Positions 36,753 to 45,945 of a DNA stretch of 61,722 nucleotides are shown piece by piece (position 1 is the first letter of the stretch; the number at the start of each line of letters is the position of its first letter). The notes beneath the pieces are model-generated. The model searched no databases and was not told the origin of the DNA. It was given only the letters and a program-made list of their open reading frames with translations. Made by a program: the position numbers and the translations under genes. Source of the DNA: Chloroflexota bacterium (GTDB taxonomy: Bacteria; Chloroflexota; Dormibacteria; CF-121); contig VBHC01000123.1 in assembly GCA_005889535.1 (NCBI GenBank), forward strand, positions 1-61,722, in the 5' to 3' direction.

Positions 36753-38507
36753 TCAGGCGCCTTGACGTGCCTCGGCGTCCGCCCACCGCGGCGCCGCAAC
36801 ATCGGCCGTAAGGACCCCTTCCTGGGCAAGGATCCGCCGGAGGATGGCCACTGTCGACGCGTAGGTCGAATCCATCCCGTAATAAGAGAGCCCGCGGGCT
36901 CCGAGCGTGCGGGCCTGCGTATAGGGCGTGTCTGATGCGTAATGCAGGACGCCGAGATCGAAGGGCAGCTTTGTGAAGTTGATGTTCTCGCGCGTCGGGT
37001 AGCGAGAGGACTCGGCCGCTTCGTACAGGGCATTGAGGTAGGGGCCACCTTCCATCTCAACGACCGTGAAACTCTCGCGGTGATAGAAGTCAAGGTAGCC
37101 CCGGTTCTGCAGGAAGGTTCCTCTGACGGTCACCGCTCGCTGATTGTCGAGCGCTGAGCCATAGACAAGGAAGGGCGCCACGCTGTCGAAGCTGAAGCAG
37201 TTCTCCAGCCAATAAGTGTTTTCCGAGTGCTCCTCAAAGACAACGTTCGAGATCATGATGTCGCCGATGCTGCCATTCAGGGTGGCAGCCTTGCCGAGCA
37301 CATAGACGCCACGGAGCGTTCCCACGCTGACCGCGACCTCGCGCAGCACGTTGTATGCGCCCAGGCCGAGCGGGTAGTTGACGTTGATCAAGACCGCAGG
37401 GCTGCGTTTTAAGCGATCTGCGGGCGGCTCGCCGAGTCGCGCGTCGAGATCGCTCGCGACCAGCCGGTCCAGGATGATGACCTGCGCGGCCACGTCGAGG
37501 CCGGCGTGGCTAGGAAGAAAGAAGATGCCGCGAGCCTCCTCTTCGTTGGTCCGCTGAGTCCGCCGCTCCCCGGCTTCGGGGGACTGGCCGTAATACGCGC
37601 GGGCCGCGTAATAGAGAAAGTTGTCCCAATTGCCACGCGACTGACCCTGGCGGAGTTTGCGGAGCTCAGGAACCAGCTCGAGGTTTTTGCTGCGCTCGAT
37701 GTATTCGACGATTTCATCTTGATGCCGTCGCGCCGAGCCACTCAGCAAGTTGACGAGGCTATGGGTGTTGCTCGATATGAAGTAGACCGGCCGGTCACCG
37801 ACGCCCTGACTCTGCATCAGTGATTCGACGGGCGCCCACCACCGGCGCGTCGCCTTGATGTAGCCGACCTGCGAACCGCCGAGCATGCGGACTGTGAAGT
37901 CTTTCTCTTCCGCCTGAATGCGGCGTAGCGGAACGAGCAGGTCGCCCCAGATCTCGACAAGTCGGATGGCGTCATCCTCGGAAATGCCTAGGCGCTGAAG
38001 GATCTGGAACTGCGCCGCCACCGTTTCCATCCCGCTCAGATCTTCGGCGCTCAGTAACGCGTGCAGCTTGTTCCACTCGATCTGGAGTGCGACGAGCTGC
38101 GGAATGACATCGTCAATGTCCGATGGGCTGGCGATGTAGACGGCGAGCGTTTCCTTACCGTCGTAGTAATAGCGCCGGCGACGACCAGGCGAGCTCTGCA
38201 TCTCCCATCGTTCGACATCCACGTTGAGCATCCGCTTGAAGACCTCGGCCGATTGGCCGAGAACGATCCGCCGCACCGCCGTGATGCAAGGAGGCAGACG
38301 CCGCAGCGCATAGATCAGCGCGCCGCTGTCCGGCTGGGCCGATCCGGCCTTCGGGTGCAGGCTCGACCGCATGCCAATGTGCGACTGTTCCAGCACCTTG
38401 AGCTTGGTTTCTCCGGAGCTACGCAGCAGCGTGCCATAGGTGCGGGTATACAGCTCGACGGCATCCCGTCCCGGTACGCGCTCGGCGTCGTCGTCGATGT
38501 AGGCCAT
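36753..38507 (-). CDS. Conserved hypothetical protein (DUF6909-like; nucleoside-phosphorylase-like C-terminus)
   Basis: ISSNTHS, YPLG, GKAATLNG..GD, EMEGGPYL, YASDTP. Confidence 0.65.
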   Translation of the reverse strand: MAYIDDDAERVPGRDAVELYTRTYGTLLRSSGETKLKVLEQSHIGMRSSLHPKAGSAQPDSGALIYALRRLPPCITAVRRIVLGQSAEVFKRMLNVDVERWEMQSSPGRRRRYYYDGKETLAVYIASPSDIDDVIPQLVALQIEWNKLHALLSAEDLSGMETVAAQFQILQRLGISEDDAIRLVEIWGDLLVPLRRIQAEEKDFTVRMLGGSQVGYIKATRRWWAPVESLMQSQGVGDRPVYFISSNTHSLVNLLSGSARRHQDEIVEYIERSKNLELVPELRKLRQGQSRGNWDNFLYYAARAYYGQSPEAGERRTQRTNEEEARGIFFLPSHAGLDVAAQVIILDRLVASDLDARLGEPPADRLKRSPAVLINVNYPLGLGAYNVLREVAVSVGTLRGVYVLGKAATLNGSIGDIMISNVVFEEHSENTYWLENCFSFDSVAPFLVYGSALDNQRAVTVRGTFLQNRGYLDFYHRESFTVVEMEGGPYLNALYEAAESSRYPTRENINFTKLPFDLGVLHYASDTPYTQARTLGARGLSYYGMDSTYASTVAILRRILAQEGVLTADVAAPRWADAEARQGA

Positions 38508-38664
38508 TGTGGGTATTATCCCGCGGGTTTTCGAAAGCCTGCCGGTGACATCGGGTCGCCTATTTACATCTTTTAACGAAAGTTATTTGCTGGCTACGGG
38601 AACGGGCACGTACCGTGGGCGCTGACCCCAACAAACAGCAAGCGTCGGAGGAACCACCCCAACG

Positions 38665-39000
38665 ATGTACCAAGCGATTCAACAAGAGACCCAACGCACG
38701 ACGCTGCGAGTCATCGCCACCCGCGCCCAGGACGCCAAGCGCAAGCTCAGCCTCTACGCGCTGGACCGCGTTCTGTGGGCGCTCGAAGAGCTCAATCTCG
38801 CCGAACGGACCATCGTCCCCCGCGACCTGGTCAAGCAGCTGTTCGCTTTCGGCGTACCGTATTCACCCGACATCAAGATTCCCGACTTGATCGAGCTCGT
38901 CTTCACGGCCCAGGAAGAATTCATGAACGTTGAGCCGGATGAGATCAACCGGGTACCGACGATCGAGGAGCTGGAAGTCTACTTCGAGCGCGTCGCCTAG
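38665..39000 (+). CDS. Helical hypothetical protein
   Basis: GGAGG RBS; resembles 15735-16046. Confidence 0.7.
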   Translation: MYQAIQQETQRTTLRVIATRAQDAKRKLSLYALDRVLWALEELNLAERTIVPRDLVKQLFAFGVPYSPDIKIPDLIELVFTAQEEFMNVEPDEINRVPTIEELEVYFERVA

Positions 39001-39129
39001 CGGCGAGCGTCCCAGTAAACTGATCGCAGCGCCGCCCGAGATTCGGGTGGCGTTTTCTTTTCCCGGCACGCATCCTATAATTGCGGTCACCTTTTGGGGG
39101 AGGTGATGCCGGCCAAGCGCCACGACAAG

Positions 39130-39298
39130 TCAATCGCCGTCAGGTGGCTCGAAGTGAGCTGAAAAGGGAAGCCGGTGTGAGTCCGGCGCGAACCCGTCAC
39201 TGTAACCGGGGAGCCGTGGACGAGATCCACTGAGGCCCGTGGCCTTGGGAAGGAGTTCAACGGCAACGATCCGGAGCCAGGAGACCTGCCTGTCGGGG
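39130..39298 (+). promoter_or_regulatory. Cobalamin riboswitch
   Basis: AGGT..AAAAGGGAAGCCGGTG..A.TCCGGCGC...CCCG.CACTGTA...CCACTG...GGGAAGG...AGCCAGGAGACCTGCC. Confidence 0.92.
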
Positions 39299-39387
39299 AC
39301 CAACGACCCTCTTCGAGGCTGAGAGGGAGGTGCCAGGCATCTTCTCCGATCGGCCTCCAGTTGCTCATCAACGCTCTGGAGGACACC

Positions 39388-40488
39388 ATGAAACGACTGA
39401 CGTCCGCGACCCTCACCACCATCGCGGTGCTCGTGCTGGCCTCGGTTACGGCCAGCGCCCAGAATCGACTCCCCAACAATGCCCAGCGAGGCCTGCAATG
39501 GCTGCAGTGCACGCAGCAGCAGTCCAACGGGCAGATCGGCAGCGGCGGTAATCCGATCGCGCGCTCCTCGGAGGTGGCCTTCGGCCTGGCCGCAGCCGGC
39601 CAGGATGCCGCCGCCATGAAAACCGGCGGCGTATCGCTGGCCGATTATCTCAAGACCGCGGTCAGCACCGATGTCGGAACCAACGGTGAGCTGCTGATCG
39701 CGCGGGCCTCGCAGACGCACGCCGGACCAACCGCGGCGGTCATCACGCAATTGCAGGCAGCAAAGGGCAGCAACGGCGAGTACGGCGCCGACTTATACAG
39801 CGATGCGCTCGCTATCCTCGGCTTGCGCGCCGCGAACCAGGCCGTTGGCCAGGACGCGGTGACATTCCTGAAAGACCACCAGCAGCCGGACGGCGGCTGG
39901 GGCTTCGGTGGCGACCAGTACACCGATTCCAACACGACAGCCCTCGTCATCCAGGCCCTGCTCAGCGCTGGCCTGCCATCCGCTGATGGGGCGATCACCC
40001 ACGGCTTTGCCTACCTGCAGTCGGTCTTCGGCCAGGGAGGCTTTGCGGACGCGCCCGGCGCCGCCCCCGACGGGAATTCGGACGAACTGGCGATCCAGGC
40101 GATTCTGGCCGCGAACCAAGAGGCTGACCAGACCTGGCGGTCGAAGCTCGACCAGGCCCTCGCCCACCTCGCCGGCTTGCAGGTTGGCAGCGGAGTCGAC
40201 GCCGGCGCCATTTCCAACCCGTACAGCAAGCTGTTCGCCACCACCTTCGCGCCAGCCGCGTTCTTGCTCAGGCCGCTCACCAGCAGCGGCATCGCCGAAA
40301 CCGCGACATCACTGCTCGCATGTCCGGTCAGCTCGACGGCGACGCCCACGCCAACGCCGGTGGCGACCGCGAAGCTGGCGCAGACGGGTGGCGCCGCCGA
40401 TATCCGGCCACCGCTTGCCGGCCTGGCGCTCCTCCTCCTGGGCACCGGCGTCTTGATGAGGCCTCGCCGACGCGCGCCCAGTCGGTAG
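39388..40488 (+). CDS. Surface protein with prenyltransferase/squalene-cyclase-like alpha-barrel repeats, LAXTG-anchored
   Basis: Signal peptide; QQPDGGWG, DSNTTA..IQAL repeats; LAQTG + TM + RPRRR. Confidence 0.75.
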   Translation: MKRLTSATLTTIAVLVLASVTASAQNRLPNNAQRGLQWLQCTQQQSNGQIGSGGNPIARSSEVAFGLAAAGQDAAAMKTGGVSLADYLKTAVSTDVGTNGELLIARASQTHAGPTAAVITQLQAAKGSNGEYGADLYSDALAILGLRAANQAVGQDAVTFLKDHQQPDGGWGFGGDQYTDSNTTALVIQALLSAGLPSADGAITHGFAYLQSVFGQGGFADAPGAAPDGNSDELAIQAILAANQEADQTWRSKLDQALAHLAGLQVGSGVDAGAISNPYSKLFATTFAPAAFLLRPLTSSGIAETATSLLACPVSSTATPTPTPVATAKLAQTGGAADIRPPLAGLALLLLGTGVLMRPRRRAPSR

Positions 40489-40499
40489 TCCGCTCAACC

Positions 40500-41243
40500 G
40501 TGGCGCTGGTGCTGGCGCTGACGGGTGCGGTGCTGTGGCATCCGCCCGCTCATGCCGCGACACACCGTGCCGCGCTGGTGATTCAGCACAGCGCCTCGTG
40601 GCCAGCTCCACGGGTGGTCTGGAAGTGCGTCGAGTTCGCGCAAGAAGCGATCGGGGGGTTGGCGCTGCTGGAGCTCGCCGGCGTCAATTCCGGCCAGCCG
40701 CCTCAGGTGTACGACTGGGGCGGCGGCAGCGATACCGTGTGCCAGCTCGATCGTCAGCCGACCCCGGTTCCCGACCGATGTTTCGGCCCGACCTCGGGGC
40801 CGAACTGGTCTGATTGGTTTGCGACAACGTCAGGATGGGTCGCACGATCGACCGGGGTGAACGGCTACACGCTCCACGACGGCGAAATCGAGGGCTGGAC
40901 CTACACGCCCACATTCGGCGCGCCACCGCCGGCGGTTCGGTTCGCACAGGTCTGCGCTGCGGCGGCGCCAACGGTGGTAGCCACCCATTCGGCTACCGCG
41001 CCCGCGGCGGTTCGCGCGGCGCCAACGGCGAGCGCAACCTCACCTGTATCAGTTCCTATATCACCCAACCTGCAGGCGGCGGCGCCCAGCGTTTCGATCA
41101 CCAGCCGGTCCGCGCTCGCCGTCACCGGTCCAACGACCCAACCGCCGACGCCGCCTTCGATCGGACCATGGCTGCTGTTCGGCGGCGCGGCGGCGCTGCT
41201 CGTGGGACTGGGGGTCGTCAACCTGCGGCGACGGGGACCATGA
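40500..41243 (+). CDS. Surface protein with DUF4430/transcobalamin beta-like domain and C-terminal anchor
   Basis: G..LL, W..W...S..G...Y.L.DG..EGW; Ala/Thr/Pro linker, LAVTG, TM, RRR. Confidence 0.6.
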   Translation: MALVLALTGAVLWHPPAHAATHRAALVIQHSASWPAPRVVWKCVEFAQEAIGGLALLELAGVNSGQPPQVYDWGGGSDTVCQLDRQPTPVPDRCFGPTSGPNWSDWFATTSGWVARSTGVNGYTLHDGEIEGWTYTPTFGAPPPAVRFAQVCAAAAPTVVATHSATAPAAVRAAPTASATSPVSVPISPNLQAAAPSVSITSRSALAVTGPTTQPPTPPSIGPWLLFGGAAALLVGLGVVNLRRRGP

Positions 41244-42073
41244 TCCGCCATCCGCTGGCCTGGTGCGTCTGGGCGATCGCCGGTCTATCGGCCGCATTTA
41301 TCGATCGCAATCCCGCCCTTCAGGGGCTGCTGCTGCTGGTCGTGATCAACACCTGGCTGGCGCATCGCCGCGGGCGAACCGTTCCCTATTGGAAGTTCGG
41401 GCTGGCCCTGGCTGTGGTCCCGATCCTGTTTAGCGCCGCGCTCAGCCGCTTCGGCCACCATGTCATCTTCACGCTGCCCGGAATCCCGGTCATCGGTGGC
41501 GCCTGGAGCTGGGAGGCCGTCGTCTATGGCGCCTCTACCGGCGTGGCGCTCCTGCTGACCGTGGCCGTTTTCGCGGTGCTGCAGTCCGTGGTCCGCAGCG
41601 CCGACCTGATGGCCCTGCTTCCCCGACCTCTGTACCGGGCCGGCACGGCGTTCGCGTTGTCGCTCGCCTTCGCGCCCAAGACGATCGCGTCGTTTGAGGC
41701 ACTCCGTGAGGCCCGCCGGCTACGCGGGCAGCGGACTGGGTGGCGATCCGCACCGGGCCTCCTTGTCCCTCTTTTGCTCACGATGCTCGAGCAGGCGGTG
41801 CAGTACGGCGAATCACTGGATGCTCGTGGCTACGGCAATCGCCGGCGTTCTCGTTACCGGCCGCTCGGCTGGTCGCTGGTCGATGGGCTCGTGATCGGCG
41901 CCGCACTCACAGCCCTGGTCCTGACGCTCGCGTTCGGCCCGCCGGCATATAACCCGTATCTCGACCTCGCGCCGAGTGTGCCGTCGGCCATCAGCGTGTT
42001 GGCCATCATGCTGCTCGCCACGCCGGCTCTGACGGCCGTTCCCCGAATGCACCATGCCGCTGATCGCGTTTGA
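41240..42073 (+). CDS. ECF transporter T component
   Basis: HPLAW; ARRLRG; E.LDARGY. Confidence 0.85.
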   Translation: MIRHPLAWCVWAIAGLSAAFIDRNPALQGLLLLVVINTWLAHRRGRTVPYWKFGLALAVVPILFSAALSRFGHHVIFTLPGIPVIGGAWSWEAVVYGASTGVALLLTVAVFAVLQSVVRSADLMALLPRPLYRAGTAFALSLAFAPKTIASFEALREARRLRGQRTGWRSAPGLLVPLLLTMLEQAVQYGESLDARGYGNRRRSRYRPLGWSLVDGLVIGAALTALVLTLAFGPPAYNPYLDLAPSVPSAISVLAIMLLATPALTAVPRMHHAADRV

Positions 42074-43556
42074 CGATGTCCGCTACCGATACCCGGAGGC
42101 CGACGGCCCGGCCCTCGATGGGATCACCGCCGCCGTCGAGCCCGGCCAGGTCATCCTGCTGCGTGGCGCGTCGGGCAGCGGCAAATCGACGCTGCTCCGC
42201 TGCCTCAACGGTCTCGTCCCGCACAGCACTGGTGGTGATTACAGCGGTCGGGTGACAGTCTGCGGCCTTGATACCCGGATGCACCCACCCCGCGAACTTG
42301 GCGCCCGGATCGGTTTCGTCTTTCAACATCCGGATTCCCAGTTCGTCCTCGAGGACGTCGAAGCCGAGCTGGCCTTCGGGCTGGAGAACCTGGGTCTGGA
42401 AAGAGGACTGATGCGAAAGCGGATCGAGGAGACGATCGATCAAGTGGGCATCAGCGCCCTGCGCCATCGCCGGATCGCAACCCTGTCGGGTGGCGAGCGT
42501 CAGCGCGTGGCGATCGCGGCCGCCCTCGCCACCCATCCGTCGGCGCTGGTTCTTGACGAGCCGACCTCGCAGCTCGATCCGCAAGCCGCGGAGGATGTTC
42601 TGCAAGTTGTGCTCCGCCTCGTTGCCGAGCTCGGCATGACGACGGTGATCGCCGAGCATCGGGTCGAACGCATCGCGCCCTTTGTGGACCGGATCTGGAC
42701 GCTGAAGACCGGTCGGCTGCAGGACCAGGCGCCACGGGTGGCGGTCGCCGAGGGCGGTGCGCGGCCGCCCGTGGTCGATCTCGCGCTTCGGGCGGGCTGG
42801 GCTCCCATCCCGCTGGGACTCCGCGATGCCCGCGTCCCGGCGCAAGGTCTGCCGCCGGAGGTACCCGCCAGCCCGCCGGTGGATGGCGCGGGCTCGGTCA
42901 TCGCCCGGCTCGACCGGCTCGGCTATGCATACCCCACAGCCCGGGCGGTGGATGATGTGTCGCTGTCCTTGCGCCGCGGCCAGGTGACAGCGCTGATGGG
43001 CCGCAACGGGTCGGGGAAGACGACGCTCCTGAAACTGATCGCCGGCACCCTCCGTCCGCAACGCGGCCAGCTACACGCCGACGGCCGAACGGCGTACGTC
43101 CCGCAAGATGCCGATGCGCTGCTCTTCGCGGCGACGGTCGAGGACGAGCTTCGTGGCCAGGCTGACGACGTGGTCGCGCCCTTCCGACCGTGGCTCAGCC
43201 GTTATCCGAGGGATCTGAGCGCCGGCGAACGGCAGCAGCTCGCGATCGCCGTGGTGGCGGGGCGGGCCGATCTGCTCTTGCTCGATGAGCCCACCCGCGG
43301 GCTCGATCCATTGGTCAAGAAGGCGCTGACGAGTTTTTTGCGGATGCGCGCTTCCGCGGGCGCCGGGGTGCTGATCGCGACGCACGATGTCGAATGGGCG
43401 GCGCGCACCGCCGACCGCGTGCTGCTGATGGCCGACGGCGAAATCTACGCCGACGGTCCGCCCCGCAGCGTCCTCAGTGATTCGCTCGTCTTCGCCACCC
43501 AGATCAACAAGCTGTTGGGCCACGGTTGGCTTTTGCCCGAGGAAGTGCCGGTATGA
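42054..43556 (+). CDS. ECF transporter fused double ATPase
   Basis: GASGSGKST and GRNGSGKTT, LSGGE, two DEPT. Confidence 0.9.
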   Translation: MPLIAFDDVRYRYPEADGPALDGITAAVEPGQVILLRGASGSGKSTLLRCLNGLVPHSTGGDYSGRVTVCGLDTRMHPPRELGARIGFVFQHPDSQFVLEDVEAELAFGLENLGLERGLMRKRIEETIDQVGISALRHRRIATLSGGERQRVAIAAALATHPSALVLDEPTSQLDPQAAEDVLQVVLRLVAELGMTTVIAEHRVERIAPFVDRIWTLKTGRLQDQAPRVAVAEGGARPPVVDLALRAGWAPIPLGLRDARVPAQGLPPEVPASPPVDGAGSVIARLDRLGYAYPTARAVDDVSLSLRRGQVTALMGRNGSGKTTLLKLIAGTLRPQRGQLHADGRTAYVPQDADALLFAATVEDELRGQADDVVAPFRPWLSRYPRDLSAGERQQLAIAVVAGRADLLLLDEPTRGLDPLVKKALTSFLRMRASAGAGVLIATHDVEWAARTADRVLLMADGEIYADGPPRSVLSDSLVFATQINKLLGHGWLLPEEVPV

Positions 43557-44392
43557 CGCGCTGGTTGACCGTCCGTGGAGCCGACGCTGTGCTGATCGTC
43601 GTCTCCGGGGCCGGGCTGGCCCTCTTCGTCGCCCCACTCGTTCTCGGTTCCCGGTTTCCGCAACCGGTCGCGCTGTTCAGCGCGCTGGTCGCGGTATCCG
43701 CCCTGGTGGTCCTGGGGGTCGCGCTCCAAACTCATCAACTGTCGACTCGCCTGCTGGCCATCCTGGCGGGGCTGGTTGCGGTGGATGCCACCCTCCGCCT
43801 CGTGATCGTGGTCGGCCTGCTCGGGTTCTCGCCGATCTTCTTCCTGATCATCGCCGGCGGATTTGTGATGGGGCCGAGCTTCGGCTTCGCCAGCGGGGCC
43901 CTCACCCTCCTCCTCTCCGCCGTCCTGACAGCCGGCCTCGGACCGTGGCTGCCGTACCAGATGCTGGCCGCCGCCTGGGTGGGGATGGGCTCGGGGTATC
44001 TCGGACGCCTGAGCCGACGATCCACCTCCCGATTCGGCATCGTTCTCTTGTGCTGCTACGGCGGCATCGCCGGCCTCGCCTACGGCCTCCTGCTCGATCT
44101 CTGGGAGTGGCCGCTGCTACTCGGCACGGCTTCTTCTCAGCTGAGCTGGGTGCCGGGGCTCGCGGTCAGCGAATTGATCCGGCGTTTCGGCGGCTTCTAC
44201 CTTGCGACGTCGCTCGTCTACGACGCGTTCAGGGCGGCGGGCAACATCATCCTGATTGCGGTCCTCGGCCGCGCGGTCATCACCGCACTGGACCGGTTCC
44301 GCCGCCGCTTCCTCGTCAACTGGACGGCGCGCCCACCGGTTCTGGAACAGACCGCGGGTAAGATTTCGGGAGATGTCGGAACTCCCGCCTGA
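43553..44392 (+). CDS. ECF S component (cobalamin, CbrT-like by context)
   Basis: P.FFL..GG...GP.FGF..G, GLGPWLPYQM, D..RA.GN. Confidence 0.8.
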   Translation: MTRWLTVRGADAVLIVVSGAGLALFVAPLVLGSRFPQPVALFSALVAVSALVVLGVALQTHQLSTRLLAILAGLVAVDATLRLVIVVGLLGFSPIFFLIIAGGFVMGPSFGFASGALTLLLSAVLTAGLGPWLPYQMLAAAWVGMGSGYLGRLSRRSTSRFGIVLLCCYGGIAGLAYGLLLDLWEWPLLLGTASSQLSWVPGLAVSELIRRFGGFYLATSLVYDAFRAAGNIILIAVLGRAVITALDRFRRRFLVNWTARPPVLEQTAGKISGDVGTPA

Positions 44393-45059
44393 GCTCGCGG
44401 TTGAACCGGAACCGACGGATGCCGACCCACCGCCGGAAGCGATTCGGCCTGACCGGCCGCGCATCTGGCCGGAGGAGCCGCGCGCTCCAAAACCCCAGAT
44501 CAAGCGGCCGATGGAGGAGTGGCTCGCCGAATTCGAAGAGCGAGTCAGGCATCAGGACGCTCACCCACGCGAACAGCCCGGCCGGCGCCGCCGCCCGCGC
44601 GGGCTGGCGCGGATTGTGCCTGCCGCAGCGCGCCCGGAGCCGCCGCGCAAGGAGCTGGCCCCGGATAGGGGCAGGGCACAACCCGCCGACCAGCAACGTC
44701 GAGGCCGCCGACGGCGACGGGGCGGGCGCGGAATTTCGCCCGGCGCCGGGCCAGGGCAGGGCGAGACTCAGGCAAGACCGCCGGTGGCGCCATCGCGGCG
44801 CCGGGATCGGCCGTACGCCCCACCCCGATCCTCCCCCGCACGGGGGGAGGGGGAATCCGGAAACCGGCCGGCGCCCACACGGGGGGACGGTGGATCCACA
44901 AACCGGCCCTCTCCCGCGAAGGGAGACCGCCGCTCCGAGCAGGACCCGAATCGCCGGCGCCGTCGTCGCGGTCGGGGCCGCGGTCGCGGCCCGCGACCGG
45001 GTGGTTCCCCAGGGCAGGGTAGCCCGCCGAGCCCGGGTGGGGGCGGGCCACCGACCTGA
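44373..45059 (+). CDS. Arg/Gly/Pro-rich intrinsically disordered protein
   Basis: Short helical motif MEEWLAEFEERV; RRRRRRGRGRGRG; GGGAG RBS. Confidence 0.5.
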   Translation: MSELPPELAVEPEPTDADPPPEAIRPDRPRIWPEEPRAPKPQIKRPMEEWLAEFEERVRHQDAHPREQPGRRRRPRGLARIVPAAARPEPPRKELAPDRGRAQPADQQRRGRRRRRGGRGISPGAGPGQGETQARPPVAPSRRRDRPYAPPRSSPARGEGESGNRPAPTRGDGGSTNRPSPAKGDRRSEQDPNRRRRRRGRGRGRGPRPGGSPGQGSPPSPGGGGPPT

Positions 45060-45094
45060 CGGCTTCGGAATCGCATTGAATTCGCTGGAATAGA

Positions 45095-45682
45095 ATGGAC
45101 CAGCGAGGCGTTGGCATGAGTAGCGACTTTTCGCTTTTTGAGAGGCACGTCGACGCGCTCTACCGGAGCGCACTGCGCCTCACGAGGAAGCCGGAGGACG
45201 CCGAGGACCTGGTGCAGGAAACGTATTTGCGAGCCTATCGCTACCGGAATCGCTTCAAGCCCGGTACGAACGAGAAAGCCTGGCTCTTCACAATCATGAC
45301 GAACGTCTTCCGCAATCGATTGCGGCAGCGCCCGGCGCCTACCGAGCCGCTCGACCAGCCGGGAACCGACTTTTCGATCTACGACCAGCTGCGGCGGGAG
45401 GGGATGCCGGTTCATCTCATGTCTCCCGAGGAGATCATCGTCGAGCGCGGCTTTGGCGACGAGGTGAAGCACGCGCTCGAGGAGCTGCCCTTGCCCATGC
45501 GGATGGTGGTCGTGCTCGTGGACGTCGAGGACTTCTCCTATAAAGAGGTCGCGTCGATCCTGGGGATCAAAATTGGAACCGTGATGTCCCGGCTGCACCG
45601 CGGCCGGCAGGCATTGCAGAAGAAGCTATGGGAATACTCCGGCCGGCCCAGGGCGCGGCCGGTGGCCGTGGGAGCCAACTGA
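45095..45682 (+). CDS. ECF sigma factor, SigR/SigH-like
   Basis: DAEDLVQET, F.PGTN.KAWL..I.TN, DVE.FSYKE.A.I....GTVMSRLHRGR; start 45095 or 45116. Confidence 0.9.
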   Translation: MDQRGVGMSSDFSLFERHVDALYRSALRLTRKPEDAEDLVQETYLRAYRYRNRFKPGTNEKAWLFTIMTNVFRNRLRQRPAPTEPLDQPGTDFSIYDQLRREGMPVHLMSPEEIIVERGFGDEVKHALEELPLPMRMVVVLVDVEDFSYKEVASILGIKIGTVMSRLHRGRQALQKKLWEYSGRPRARPVAVGAN

Positions 45683-45936
45683 TGGGCGACCATTGTGAAC
45701 AGGCGATGCGAAAACTCTCGGTCTACATCGACCGCGAGCTCAGCGATGCGGAGGTTCGCCGGGTCAAGGCCCACCTGGACGACTGCCCGCCCTGTGAGAA
45801 GGTCTTCGACTTCCAGGCGGAGATGAAGCGACTGGTCCGCAAGGAGTGTTGCACCGACGATGCTCCCGCGCGGCTCCGGGATTGGGTCCGCCAGCTCGCA
45901 ACCGAGAACCCGCCAGCCCGCGACCGAGAAGTCTAA
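45682..45936 (+). CDS. Zinc-binding anti-sigma factor, RsrA/RshA-like
   Basis: C...HLDDCPPC (HxxxCxxC), CC..AP..LR. Confidence 0.9.
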   Translation: MGDHCEQAMRKLSVYIDRELSDAEVRRVKAHLDDCPPCEKVFDFQAEMKRLVRKECCTDDAPARLRDWVRQLATENPPARDREV

Positions 45937-45945
45937 GCCGATCGG

